Positions 29,801-39,208 of a stretch of 64,000 bases of DNA are shown here, one piece after another (the first letter of the stretch is position 1; each line of letters begins with the position of its first letter). The position numbers and the translations under genes were made by a program. The notes beneath the pieces were generated by a model. It did not search any database. It worked only from the letters and a program-made list of their open reading frames with translations, and was not told the DNA's origin. The DNA is taken from positions 608,001 to 672,000 of the forward strand of contig CAWIAD010000002.1 of NCBI GenBank assembly GCA_963833985.1. The letters run 5' to 3'. This stretch comes from an uncultured Planctomycetaceae bacterium. Its GTDB lineage: Bacteria; Planctomycetota; Planctomycetia; Isosphaerales; Isosphaeraceae.

Positions 29801-31388
29801 TGAACGACGAGGAAGCACTCAGCGGATTGGCCCAGGTGAGCACATGAACGTCATTGTAGTTGCCCAGGAACTGGTTGTCGGCCTCCACGAAGTACATCGG
29901 GTCGCCGGGCGCGGCACCGTGCATCACCGCCGGCGCGTCGCCGAAGTCGCTGGCGCGGTCGAGCGAGACCGTGGCCAGGTTGGCGGAGCCGATCGAGCTG
30001 GTGGCAATCGAGAGAATTTGCACGTTACTGAAGACGACACTCGAGTAGCCGAACATGTTAAAAGTGAACACAATTGCGTCGGCATTGAAGCCAAAGCGGG
30101 GAAAGTCGGCCTGGTTGCTTCCCTCTTCCACGCTGATGCGATACATGTTCGAGCTCGAAAAGCTGGTCTCGTTCCCCACGTCGGAGAAGGCGATATCGAG
30201 GTACGATTCCGCGGAACCGATCGGCTCCTCAAGCGCCGCAACGACGTATCGCTTGGCAATGTCGTCATAGAAGACCATTGCCTGCCCCGGGTCCGAGGTG
30301 GCACTGGGGAAAAAGCTCATGAGCTGCGTCGTGGAGATGATGCTTCCCGACTTGCTGCTGATGCGCAGCGTCGTGTTCACCACCTCGATCACGCTGGACT
30401 GGCCGGCGGCCACCATGTCATCAGGCGGCACGTATCCGCTGGTATCGTTGAACTGCATGCCAGCGAAGCCGGTGCCGATGTTGAGCCCTTGCGCGGTAGG
30501 CACCTTTCCCGCGCCAATGGCGTTGCCCTGGATCACGTCGCTGCTGGTTCCCGACGTGCCGCCGTTGATGCCTGCGCCCGAGTTTCCGGAAATGACGTTA
30601 CCCGCGCCCGTGGCCGTGCCGCCGATCGTGTCGTTACTGCTCAACCCCAGCAGGATGCCGGCCTGCTTGTTCCCCAGCGCAATCGCGGCGCTGACATCGG
30701 TTCCGATGTCGTTCCCCTCGACCAGGTTGCCATTCGAGGCCGAGGCGGCACCGATGCTCAACCCCGCACCCGTGTTGCCCGAGATGACGTTGCGGTCGTT
30801 CACGCCCGTGCCGCCGATCGTGTTGTTCGAGCAGCCGTTAATGAGTATGCCCACGCTGTTGGGAGCGGCCTTCGTGCCATCGGCCGTGGTCCCGATGAAG
30901 CAGCCGGCCACGTGGTCTCCACCCAGCGACTGGAGCGTGATCCCAGGTCCCGGGCTGTTGCCGATCGCCAGCGCACGGATGGTCGAGCCGCCCGCCGACA
31001 CCGTGAGCACCGACTGCGTCGCGGAGAGCGCCGTGCCGTCGATATCAATCAGCGGCGTGCCCGGGTAGCCGCTCTGGCTCGAGCCGTCGATCGTCATCGG
31101 CTGGACAATCACGGGAAGGGCAGAGCTCAATGTGATCGTCTGCACGCCGCTGCCGGTGATCGCGAAATCGATGAGCCGCGGCGTTGATGCGTCCAGGTTG
31201 GCCTGGGTGATGCAGTAACGCAGATCGCCGCTGTTGCCCGAACCCGTCCCCGTGTCCGCTGTGCTGTTCACCGTCCAGGTTGCCAGTAACTCTCTCCGCT
31301 CCAGGATCTCGAGATCGAACCGGTTCCTGTGACGCCGTACACTCACTGATCGGGTACGCCATGCCGGTGTGGATGTGCGATGGATCAT
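23835..31388 (-). CDS. 2517-aa surface protein: planctomycete extracellular motif, beta-helix repeats, inserted domain, six DUF11-like domains, Calx-beta, Ig-like C-terminus
   Basis: LERRELLAT, repeated IGGT..GAGNVISGN and GNFIGTD, six YTITATNNGPS-type units, DYTPVSGTLTFAPG. Confidence 0.88.
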   Translation of the reverse strand: MIHRTSTPAWRTRSVSVRRHRNRFDLEILERRELLATWTVNSTADTGTGSGNSGDLRYCITQANLDASTPRLIDFAITGSGVQTITLSSALPVIVQPMTIDGSSQSGYPGTPLIDIDGTALSATQSVLTVSAGGSTIRALAIGNSPGPGITLQSLGGDHVAGCFIGTTADGTKAAPNSVGILINGCSNNTIGGTGVNDRNVISGNTGAGLSIGAASASNGNLVEGNDIGTDVSAAIALGNKQAGILLGLSSNDTIGGTATGAGNVISGNSGAGINGGTSGTSSDVIQGNAIGAGKVPTAQGLNIGTGFAGMQFNDTSGYVPPDDMVAAGQSSVIEVVNTTLRISSKSGSIISTTQLMSFFPSATSDPGQAMVFYDDIAKRYVVAALEEPIGSAESYLDIAFSDVGNETSFSSSNMYRISVEEGSNQADFPRFGFNADAIVFTFNMFGYSSVVFSNVQILSIATSSIGSANLATVSLDRASDFGDAPAVMHGAAPGDPMYFVEADNQFLGNYNDVHVLTWANPLSASSSFTDTQLTVPTYLDPTNANQQGSSNTLFTGDIRMLSVAWRNNRLVAAHTIDNGNSDPNARWYEFSTDSTNPQFTPSLVQSGNINQGTGVATFYPSIEIDPNGNLGMTFMESSSTEFMSMYVTGQLKGASPGVMLKPVLVQAGVATYAGFDTSPFLVGTYSGMAVDPASGSLWAVNEYAIATQQGANWGTWIQQFTMKSSSGFTYVPLGNGGNGVLLDGPANVLIGGTAAGAGNVIAANGSAGIQIMGTSTGTQVEGNFVGTDASGDTNLGNTAGGVILLSSQNTLGGTSAAAGNVISGNTTDGVLISQSSGSASNNVVEWNLIGTTPDGLAALPNSRNGVHLQGVQGTHILDNLISGNTQNGILLDVLTISGTDYGNTNTLVQGNFIGTNSGGTSPVPNVIDGIQILTSSGTTIGGTATGAGNVISGNTQNGIELANAALQANSSATLIEGNIIGLSPSGLAAVPNNNDGIWQHGADNTTIGGTVSGARNLISGNKSDGIALGAGDNALVQGNFIGTDATGTLAIGNGVGILWNDASYATVGGTSAAARNIISGNASGGMDSFTLNSVGYEVIQGNYIGVDVTGIKALPNGKVGIRIAGPLNNTIGGTAPGAGNIISSNNGDGIDFTVGSGAGTVIEGNWIGTDPTGTLNLGNSGAGIDLWSNNITIGGTTSGAGNIIAHNSGNGIEFTFNVNENSILSNSIFGNGGLGINFANGPTPNHPWPPGVTPGSGPNNFQNYPVLTSAVSSSGDTTIQGSLNAAPSTTFLVQFFSNVAADPSGYGQGQTYLGSAMVTTDSSSNASFTALLTGVSVPTGSYVTATATDPSGNTSEFGQDVTSQAVTSLSIGVTAQPSTGTVVYVGSTLVYTITLTNSSSEPAPGVVVTDTLDANVIYQSGTSSIAGAKITQSNGIVTAAVGTVPANSTATVTIDVTVGSAAVPQVSNSASVTTTDTNTGSPTSITTVTAVAPVTDLAISSIATTPAPNYAGVNLVYTITAVNHGPSNATGVIVTDTLPSLTDIGSISAVTSISGVTPTVNGNVVTADFGDLASGTPVTVTITVTPNAAAVADSPLSNTATITGNEFDSNTGNNTQTTTNTISPAADLQVVISPNPTPVDAGMQVTYTITATNNGPSDATGVVVTDTIPGDVTFVSATGGVTPDSKNVITFAAVDLANSKSAIFQVIVSTMGTSASPTTDMATVAGDQFDPNSSNDTASVSVPVIPVSDLQVGMTATTGPVYVGDQITYTITASNAGPSAEPAAVLTDNVPTSLSIVSATTSLPGVDPVIVGNVVTADLGSLAVGGTPVTMTIIVTPQAAAAGQVTNSVTISGQNADTSPQNNTAKSVTTVVPSADLAVNVSAPTSSLAGQPLEYTITATNNGPSPATGVTVIDVLPPLPTDVTFVSATGGVTPDSSGKLTFNVGDLAVQASVTLVITVTPTAAAVGHSPLTDTATIAGNEHDPDTTSNTSHALTTIAPAVDLSVTQFTATPEPIELGGKINYTLVVTNCGPSPATALVVTSPLGNATYVAGSGTVSPSGTVSLVGSDVVANVSTLAAGASFTVTYALVPSAFGTFNATTRVAANETDTDTSNNSASASTTVLDHVGTIEFSAGAYAVPENAASATLTVNRVDGLRGTITVNYQTVAINATPGLDYTPVSGTLTFAPGISSQTIVVPVLANPYDSHDELVGVVLNGIQTFIPAGLPGQAILGSPSNATLTIQDIDPNHTPLTVTNVQWTGTTQNIRQIFVTFNKPLIAGTAVDPNNYALVNVGADGRYGTLDDTGVPLEAPSYTSSIWTVTLTPAQPLRANQFFHLQINGLSPGGVEDIGGNMLAGNGSTPATDYTAMIARGTNLRYYTSSGDQVNLKITGGGILDDWMSGTGQGIKLSVVGEVPHHTVLSGTLRKTRTSSGMAYLGNTLWGLGSFGDVRVKLHSPPFLISQYPFAPGSTVAGTRISAGVVNASSSSVKPAASRLTHRTSAVASAAMKRPFHAFRR

Positions 31389-31628
31389 GACAGAGCCTCA
31401 CGTCGAGAAGTTCATAGATGAAAGCGACCCGCGCAGTCGCGACCCCCATGAGCGCCGCCAGCATCACCCGCTAGAAAGGATGAATCGAGAGTGAATGAGC
31501 GACGTTTAGGGGATATGGGCAATATGCGCCCACAAAAAACATAACGATCACAGGTTCCCATGCACCAGCTCTTTTTTCAATGGTGCACTTTTTTTCTGAA
31601 CCTGAAGGAATTCGTAGAAGGTATCGGG

Positions 31629-33431
31629 TCATTTCGGAACCGTCAGGCCCTGGGGATCGTCGACGACCAGGTAATGGCCATGGTCCGACGAAACGATCAT
31701 GATCGATTCGTCCCAGTTGCTATGGGTTTCGACCCATCGGGCAACGGTTTGAACGGCGGCGTCGCCGCTGAAAATCGCACCGATCGCGTTATCGAGGTTG
31801 TTTCCGTGGAGCGCGAAGTCGACATCGCCCGCCTCCACGAACAGAATGAACTGCGAATCCCGCGGCGCCGCGAGTACGCGGAGCGCCGCCGCAGTCATCT
31901 CGGCGAGCGTCGGCTGCGAATCGATCTCCTCGGGCGAGTACTTTTCCGCAGGCGCGGGCTGGCCTCTGCGGCCGAGGCTCGGAGCCGGGTCATAACGGCC
32001 GTCGGCCGTGCGGAAGGGGAGATGATCAAACGTCTTCGCGCCGAAAAAGCCGAACAGCCGGGCTCTGCGGGAGGCGGCTGCCTCAGCGGCCTGAAGTAAT
32101 GCCTGGCCGCCGTTCGTGCCAGGCTCAGTCTGCGCGCAGACGTACTTGCCGCCGTTCCGGATGTCGATGGCCGCGCGATCGAGATCGGTCAGATAAAGAT
32201 TGCCGGGTACCGCGTTCCGGCCCTGGTTCTTGAGCTCGGACTCCTTGGCGATGATGCCGTAGCCGGTTCCGATCACCACGTCGAGACCGGGGTAAAGCCG
32301 CGCCTGGCGGGCCTCTTGGATGACGCCGGGCACACCGAGCATGGACCGGCCAATATCCTGGTAGTCGTACCGCTCCACGTTCTGGACGTACATGCCGGCC
32401 GGCGAGGCGTGGCAGAATGGCACGCTGGTCACGGTGCCGACTTTCCACGCCCTGTCCTGAAGCTCGTGAAAGAGCGTCGTGACCAGGCGGCTGTCATCAG
32501 CGACGTTCAGCCCGCTGTTGTACGACTTGACGCCGCTGACCAGTTCCGCGGCACTCTGGGACGAATCGGTATAGGCGTGCAGGACCCGGCCGGCGGCCTG
32601 CACTCCCGCCCTGTCGGCCGCATTGGCGGACTGGCCCTTGAAATAACCCGGCGCCTGCGATCCCAGAGGCCCGAGCGTCCATGGATTCGGTCCGGCGATC
32701 TGTGCGTCGTAGCCGCCTCCCAGGCTGTCCGGCGGGATCGTCACGAGCTGGCGGTCGATGTCCTGAATGCTGCGATCGTGCGTCGGACTGGTAACGGCGA
32801 AGCCGTACTGTGCCGTTCCATCGGCCGTGTAATCCTGGAAGAAGAGCCCGGACCCCTTGCCCTCGGTGTAGACCTTCCCCGTGCGGACGATGGCCGCGGC
32901 CTGCGCCGTGGGCCAGTCGAGGCCATCAAACCAGATGATGAACACGTGCCTGGCCCCGCGCGCGACCGCGTCCTTGAGTACCCGGTAGAGGTCGCTCTGG
33001 TCGGCGTACTCGGCCTGCGGATTGAGCGTGTTCTCGGGCATGAACCCGTAGGCGGCCCGGATCGCGGCCGCGTCGCGGTAGCGGCTATGCTTCCCGGTCA
33101 CCGACCCGAGATCGACGGTGCGTCCGAAGGCATACACCCCCACCATCCGGTTGCTGTGGCTGAAGTGGTTGGAGAACACACTCCCCGCGCCCTGCGAACC
33201 GAAATGATAGGCACGCGGCATTTTCTGGCCGGCGTTCTGCACGTACTGCGTTTGCAGCGTCCTGAGCAGGTCGGCGGTTGCTGCCCGCGGCGGTTCCTGA
33301 GCCCGCCCCGGCGCTGGTGCGTCCACCGCGGCCAGAGCGGCTGCCACCACGATGAGCCACAACCTTGATCTCGAAAACCAAGGGCGGCGAGGACGGCGGC
33401 ACAGGTCAACAAGATCACCCGGAAGTCGCAT
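31629..33431 (-). CDS. Secreted alkaline phosphatase family protein (apparently circularly permuted)
   Basis: FDGLDW, TDSSQSA, HASPA, VEAGDVDFALH, SSDHGH; start codon uncertain. Confidence 0.85.
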   Translation of the reverse strand: MRLPGDLVDLCRRPRRPWFSRSRLWLIVVAAALAAVDAPAPGRAQEPPRAATADLLRTLQTQYVQNAGQKMPRAYHFGSQGAGSVFSNHFSHSNRMVGVYAFGRTVDLGSVTGKHSRYRDAAAIRAAYGFMPENTLNPQAEYADQSDLYRVLKDAVARGARHVFIIWFDGLDWPTAQAAAIVRTGKVYTEGKGSGLFFQDYTADGTAQYGFAVTSPTHDRSIQDIDRQLVTIPPDSLGGGYDAQIAGPNPWTLGPLGSQAPGYFKGQSANAADRAGVQAAGRVLHAYTDSSQSAAELVSGVKSYNSGLNVADDSRLVTTLFHELQDRAWKVGTVTSVPFCHASPAGMYVQNVERYDYQDIGRSMLGVPGVIQEARQARLYPGLDVVIGTGYGIIAKESELKNQGRNAVPGNLYLTDLDRAAIDIRNGGKYVCAQTEPGTNGGQALLQAAEAAASRRARLFGFFGAKTFDHLPFRTADGRYDPAPSLGRRGQPAPAEKYSPEEIDSQPTLAEMTAAALRVLAAPRDSQFILFVEAGDVDFALHGNNLDNAIGAIFSGDAAVQTVARWVETHSNWDESIMIVSSDHGHYLVVDDPQGLTVPK

Positions 33432-33609
33432 TGCGGGATCATCCTCCACACCTGGGCGAAACGGGCTTGCAGCGAACGCGACCGCAGCCCCTGCGCAACG
33501 GCACGGGGCAGGGTTCAGTCATGTCGAGTGAACTCGCGGGCCCCTGGTCCAAGCGCCGAGTATCCTGGCTGGATGAGTAGAATCCGTCAACAAGCCAGGA
33601 AGATCTCGG

Positions 33610-34392
33610 TTAGCCGTACATCGCGTTGGCCTTGCCGTAGGTGATCTTCGGGGCCTTGATCAGGCCCCCCGCCACCTTCTCGCCCAGCGGATCGATGTAG
33701 ACCCGGTTGGGATTCCTGGGATTTCCCGGATCACTGCCGGTGACGTGGACATTGAAGATGAACGCGTGCTCCGACTGAGCCGTGAACCAGTGGACGTTGT
33801 CTCGATGGTCCGACACGGTCGAGAACTCACCGGGCTCGAACGTGCGATCGATCGTGGGGCGGATCAGGTAATGATTCTTGTGGTCCTCAACGCGGTCCCA
33901 GTGCCGGCCCCGGAGCTTGCCCTTGAGAACCAGGAAGCCGGTCGCCATGTTGTCGTGGCCATGGGGGATGACAGAGCGGCCACGCGCCATCGCGAAGATC
34001 TGCCGGCCGAAGACCAGATGCGTGGGTAAACTCGAGATCCTGGAAAAGTCAGGAGCAATACTGCGGGCTCCAATGGCCGGAAAGTTCACGCTCGCCGCCA
34101 GGCGGTCAAAGTCGAGCGTCTTCAAGAGCGCCGGAAGGTCCACGCGGGCGTAGAGAGATTCGAGCGCTTTCTGAAATTCCAGGTCCCTGGTCCTGTGCTC
34201 GGTCAGGTCCTTGCTGATCGTATTCAGCTCGCCGAACCAGGAATCGATGATCGGCTGGACGTCCTTGCCGAAGAGGCGACGGTCCGCCAGGCCCTCGATC
34301 AGGGCGAGCGCCGTGAGGGACCGCAGCGCCTCACGCGTGAACTGGCGGCGAGTGGACAGCGAGTCATGGTCGGGTTCTTTGGGAGCGGTCAT
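33610..34392 (-). CDS. Cupin-like hypothetical protein with Tat-like leader
   Basis: STRRQF leader; IPHGHDNM and NVHWF His motifs. Confidence 0.6.
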   Translation of the reverse strand: MTAPKEPDHDSLSTRRQFTREALRSLTALALIEGLADRRLFGKDVQPIIDSWFGELNTISKDLTEHRTRDLEFQKALESLYARVDLPALLKTLDFDRLAASVNFPAIGARSIAPDFSRISSLPTHLVFGRQIFAMARGRSVIPHGHDNMATGFLVLKGKLRGRHWDRVEDHKNHYLIRPTIDRTFEPGEFSTVSDHRDNVHWFTAQSEHAFIFNVHVTGSDPGNPRNPNRVYIDPLGEKVAGGLIKAPKITYGKANAMYG

Positions 34393-34532
34393 CTCGGTCT
34401 CCTGGGTCGGTCGCGGGGGGAAGCGGGGCTGGCCTGTGATGCCCCGAGGAATCAGGTAACATGATTCTTGCCCGATCTGCCGCGCCTGGACAAGGCACAC
34501 GGGCCACCGCGCGAGCGAGGGGAGGCATTCTG

Positions 34533-35764
34533 GTGTATCGTGACGTGCTGGCGATCGTCCTGGCCGGCGGCCGGGGATCGCGCCTCAAGCCGCTCACCCG
34601 CGACCGGGCAAAGCCCGCGGTTCCTTTCGGCGGCATCTACCGGATCATCGACTTCACGCTGTCAAACTGCATCAACTCCGACATGCGGAAGATCCTCGTG
34701 CTCACGCAGTACAAGGCCACCAGCCTCAATCGGCACATCGACCAGGGCTGGAAGTTTCTCTGCCGCGAGCTGGGCGAGTACATCGAGGTAATCCCGCCTC
34801 AACAGCGCATCGCCGAGATGTGGTACCAGGGCACCGCCGACGCGATCTACCAGAACGTCTACACGATCGAGAAGGCCTCGCCCCGCGACACCATGATTCT
34901 CGCAGGCGATCATATCTATAAAATGAATTACGCCCGCATGATCGATTTTCACCGCGACCGCCGCGCCGACCTGACCGTCGCCTGCCTTCCCGTGGCGCGC
35001 ACGCTTGCCCGTGAGTTCGGCGTGATCGGCATGGATGACGAGGGACGTCTCACCAGCTTCGTGGAGAAACCGGCCGACCCGCCGCTCATGCCAGGCCAGA
35101 GCGAGATGTCGCTCGCCTCGATGGGGATCTACGTCTTCAACACGGACGTGATGTACGAGCAGCTCTTCCAGGACGCCGCCAAGAAGGAGCTGAGCGGCCA
35201 CGACTTTGGCAAGGACATCATCCCGGCGATGATGGCCGCCGGAATGCGCATCTTCGCCTACCCGTTCCGCGACGAGAACCGCAAGACGGCCGCGTACTGG
35301 CGCGACGTGGGCACGCTGGACGCCTACTATCAGACCACGATGGACCTGATCTCCATTGACCCGATCCTGAACCTGTACGACCAGGACTGGCCCATCCACA
35401 CTTACCAGCCGCCGTACCCGCCTCCCAAGTTCGTGCACACCGATCCGGATCGCAGGGGCGCCGCGTTCAACTCCATTGTCTGCCAGGGGGCCATCGTCTC
35501 CGGCGGCCAGGTCTTCCGCAGCATCATCTCGCCCGACGTCCGCGTGAACAGTTACGCTCTGGTGGAAGACTCCATCCTGTTCGATGGCGTCGAGGTCGGC
35601 CGGCGCGCCCGCATCCGCTGCGCCATCGTCGACAAGGAAGTGAAGGTCCCCGCCGGATTCGAGATCGGCTGGAACCGCGAGCTCGATCTGCGCGCGGATT
35701 GACCGTCACGCCGGAGGGCCTCACCGTCGTGGCCAAGAGCGAGGACCTCGAAAGGTTTGCGTGA
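34533..35764 (+). CDS. glgC: Glucose-1-phosphate adenylyltransferase; frameshift near 35690
   Basis: LAGGRGSRLKPLTRDRAKPAVPFGG, WYQGTADA, GDHIYKM, DFGKDII, YWRDVGT; C-terminus GLTVTPEGLTVVAK is in a shifted frame. Confidence 0.95.
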
Positions 35765-36018
35765 TCGGGCGCGGCGAGAAACGGATTCTTCCACACCCCG
35801 CTCACGAAGGCTCGTCCCAGCCCTCTTGGAGGTCCTTGTTCTGTCATCGTTCGCGCCTCTTGATTCGCAGACGGTGTGCCTTCAATGGCTTCCCGGTCAG
35901 GGGATAGTCGGTAGCATACTGCCAAGATTTCGAACGTGCGAACGAATTGCGTGTATGAGGGCTGGATGACCCAGTTCGTATTCGCGGAACCACCCCACAC
36001 TGAACGCGGAGGCTTTCA

Positions 36019-36900
36019 ATGTTCGATCCAGGACGCCTGGCCGCCAGGACCCTGACGGCCGCTCTGATCTTGCCGCTCACATGGCTGTCTTCGTCCGGCT
36101 GTGCCGGGCTCCTGGGGCCTCAGGTCAAGGCAACGGCCACCGAGCAGCGCTCGTTCGAGGTCTCGGCCGCGCCGGTGGTGATCGTCGAGACGTTCAACGG
36201 ACCCATCAAGGCCACCGTGGGCACTGAAGGCAAAGTGGAGGCCAGCATCAAACGAATCGGCTCGGGCACCACCATGGAGGCGGCCGAGGCCGACCTGAAG
36301 AACGTCCACGTCGAGTTCACCCAGGACGGAGCCACCGTCCGTATTGTCGCGACCCGCAGCGGTTCTCCCGCCTTCAGCTCGTCGGCGGCCGAGGTTGAGA
36401 TCAAGGTCCCGGCACAGGCCACCCTGTCACTGACAACCTCCAATGGAGAGCTTCATTCCGAAGGCATCCAGGGCCCGATCACGGCCCGATCCTCCAACGG
36501 TGAGATCGAGGTCCGGGGAGCCAGAGGCAAGCTTGACCTGCATACGAGCAACGGAGCCATCGACATCGCCGCGACCGAGGCCGCTGTGTCGGCGCAGACC
36601 CGGAACGGCGAAGTTCGCTTCGCCGGCTCATTGGCCCAGGGGAAGCATGGTCTGACGACGAACAACGGCGGCATCACCGTCAGACTGCCGGTCAACGCGG
36701 CGTTCCGGGTTGAGGCCAGAACCTCCAACGGCACCGTGACCAGCGGGTTCCCGGAACTTCGTGGCGAGAGCGGCAAGGCTGCCAGGAACCATCTGGCCGG
36801 TCACGTCGGAAACGCCTCGTCCCCCGAAGTTGAACTGAAGCTGGAGACCTCCAACGGTAACGTCGCCGTCGAACCGGCAGCGGAGACTCCAAGATCCTGA
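36019..36900 (+). CDS. DUF4097-like beta-strand repeat protein (probable lipoprotein)
   Basis: Repeated TSNG/TRNG/TNNG motifs; signal peptide ending SSGC. Confidence 0.8.
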   Translation: MFDPGRLAARTLTAALILPLTWLSSSGCAGLLGPQVKATATEQRSFEVSAAPVVIVETFNGPIKATVGTEGKVEASIKRIGSGTTMEAAEADLKNVHVEFTQDGATVRIVATRSGSPAFSSSAAEVEIKVPAQATLSLTTSNGELHSEGIQGPITARSSNGEIEVRGARGKLDLHTSNGAIDIAATEAAVSAQTRNGEVRFAGSLAQGKHGLTTNNGGITVRLPVNAAFRVEARTSNGTVTSGFPELRGESGKAARNHLAGHVGNASSPEVELKLETSNGNVAVEPAAETPRS

Positions 36901-39010
36901 GATCCGGCCGCGCGTTCTCTCCCGCGCTGGCCTGGCCATGGCCTCTTGATTCATCACCGAGTATCAATTCCCCGGCCCCCAGATCATGTGCGGCGCGCAG
37001 CACGGCAGATCGGGGATCATCGGTCAGGATGATCACCGGCACGAGCGGCTTGCCCGCAAGTTCGGCCCGGGTCACCACGGCCGTCATCAGGGCGCGGTCA
37101 ACCACGCCGAAGGGCGGTTCGGGCTCGGGCGGGGTGCGCCCGGAGACCATCACGGATTCGGTGTGTTCCGGATCGCCGTACGCCCCGGACGCATCCGCCG
37201 GGTGGGCCGCCACGACCACGATGTCGGCCGTATCCGTGTTGGTCTCGTCCAGACAGGCTTCCAGCGCCGCGAGGTCGTCGGGCGAGTAAACCGCCACGAG
37301 TTTGCAGCCTGGCCGCTCGAGCCCGAGCGCCTGGCGTGTGAGGCGCGGGATGGCCTCGCCCTGGAATTGCTCCAGGTGCTTGTGAGTGCGGCCTTCGCCG
37401 TTTTCCGTTCCTTGCCGCCGGCGATAATGCTCGGTGACGGCGAACGCGACCAGGAACGCCGCCGTGAAGGCGATGCCCGAAATGGTGGCCACCGTCTTGG
37501 TGGCAAGATTCGCCAGCGCGGCAGCCAGCAGGACCAGGAAGATCAGGGCCAGGCCGACAGGTAGCTCAAGGCGGCCCAGCCGCACGTTCAGGGGAACGCG
37601 GTAACCGCGCGGCCGCCCCGGCTGCGTGAACCGCAAAAGCAGCATGGAAAGACTCATCGCCACCAGGCTCCAGACCACCCCGAACGCATAGGCCTCGCCC
37701 AGGATGATGACGTCGCCCCCGCTGAGCACGATCGTCGCGGCTTGCAAGCCGGCGATCAGTGTCAGCAGCCGCCAGGTCGTACCGTATTTCTTGTGCGGAC
37801 GCTGGAACCAGTCGGGCAAGACCCCGTCTTCCGTCACGCGGTTGAGCACGCCATTGGCGCCCAGGAGCGACGTGTTCACGGCCCCGGAGAGAACCAAAAA
37901 ACCGACCACGACCACCAGTCCATTGAGTCCCAGCCTGGCCCAATGCGGTCCCACCACGTGCATCGCCAGTCCCGAGATCAGGTTCTCCTGGAAACCTGGC
38001 CGGACGTCGTCAGGGATGATCATCACAGCAAAGAAGCTGATCAGCCCCGTGATGGTCAGGCTGTAAAGGAAGACGATGAACGCCGCCCAGCGAAAGTTCC
38101 TGAGCTTCGGCGCCTTCACCTCGCGGTACACCTGCGCCAGCGTCTCCTCGCCGCTCATCGCCAGGATCGAATGCCCGAACGCAATGAGCACGCCGAGCGC
38201 TCCCAGGGCGCTCAGCCAGTGCACGCTCTCCGGCCGCAGCTCGGGGCCCAGGGGACTGGCCGCAACCCAGCCCAGCGGGTCTTCCTGTTTCCCCGTAACC
38301 TCGTTGATTGTGGGGCGACCCTCGCGGTCCGCCTTCCTGGCCAGATCCGGCCGCCAGGGCGGAACCTTGCGGGCGTCGCTCCGGACCGAGATCGTGATCA
38401 GGCACCAGGTGATCATGATCACGGCCATCACGGTCATCACCCGCATAATCTTCAGAGCCTTGCCGCTCGAGGTGGGAATGCCGCGGACATTGGCCTGGTA
38501 GAAGTAAAAGACGACCGCCAGCGCCACGCCGGCCGCGCCGTAGCGCTCATGGACACCCGTGTGGAACTGAAAATAGCGGAGCAGCGAGTTGAAAAGCCGC
38601 ACCAGGTAATGCCCCGCTGACACCGCGCTGATGGGCCCGGTGAGGATGTAGTCGAACATCAGGGCCGAGACCGCGACCTTGGCCAGGCGATCTCCCATGG
38701 CCTCCTTGACAATGCGGTAGACGCCGCCCCGGACGAACATCGAGCAGCTCTCGATATAGACGCTGCGCACGCCATAGCTGAAGAGCATCACACCCAGGAT
38801 GAACCAGGGCGCCGCCCGGCCAATCTGCGACTCCACGATGCCGCCGATGTAGTACGCCGTGCTCACCAGGTCGCAGAGGACCACGGCGGCAGTCGGCCAG
38901 ATACCGATGAACGCGAACATCACACTGGAGAGAACCAGGGTGCGCTCGTGCAGCCAGGGACCGCGGACGGCGGTCGTCAGCACCTGCGGAGAGGTCGATC
39001 CAGTTCGCAT
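36692..39010 (-). CDS. APC-family permease with USP-like C-terminal region; 3' end uncertain
   Basis: MFVRGGVYRIVKEAMG, SILAMSGEETLAQVYRE, LGEAYAFGVVWS, many transmembrane segments; last 209 nt overlap the convergent gene. Confidence 0.82.
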   Translation of the reverse strand: MRTGSTSPQVLTTAVRGPWLHERTLVLSSVMFAFIGIWPTAAVVLCDLVSTAYYIGGIVESQIGRAAPWFILGVMLFSYGVRSVYIESCSMFVRGGVYRIVKEAMGDRLAKVAVSALMFDYILTGPISAVSAGHYLVRLFNSLLRYFQFHTGVHERYGAAGVALAVVFYFYQANVRGIPTSSGKALKIMRVMTVMAVIMITWCLITISVRSDARKVPPWRPDLARKADREGRPTINEVTGKQEDPLGWVAASPLGPELRPESVHWLSALGALGVLIAFGHSILAMSGEETLAQVYREVKAPKLRNFRWAAFIVFLYSLTITGLISFFAVMIIPDDVRPGFQENLISGLAMHVVGPHWARLGLNGLVVVVGFLVLSGAVNTSLLGANGVLNRVTEDGVLPDWFQRPHKKYGTTWRLLTLIAGLQAATIVLSGGDVIILGEAYAFGVVWSLVAMSLSMLLLRFTQPGRPRGYRVPLNVRLGRLELPVGLALIFLVLLAAALANLATKTVATISGIAFTAAFLVAFAVTEHYRRRQGTENGEGRTHKHLEQFQGEAIPRLTRQALGLERPGCKLVAVYSPDDLAALEACLDETNTDTADIVVVAAHPADASGAYGDPEHTESVMVSGRTPPEPEPPFGVVDRALMTAVVTRAELAGKPLVPVIILTDDPRSAVLRAAHDLGAGELILGDESRGHGQASAGENARPDLRILESPLPVRRRRYRWRSPASVQLRGTRRFRRDRPDGSWQPCRSRHEVPGTRWSRCRWRFWPQPGTPR

Positions 39011-39208
39011 GGGCCGGGGCCAGGGGAATTGACAGGATGCACCGTCGCTGCTGCGGCACGATCACGCACACGCCACCAGACTCAGCGCGTAGGAAAGATC
39101 TTCGCCTTGCGAATACCGTGCCTGTGCGGGGTCAACCTGTGCGCGAGGTGGGCAAGCCGCCCGTGTCCGGCGAATCCATGCCCGGACTGTGACGCGGCCG
39201 CGGTCCGC

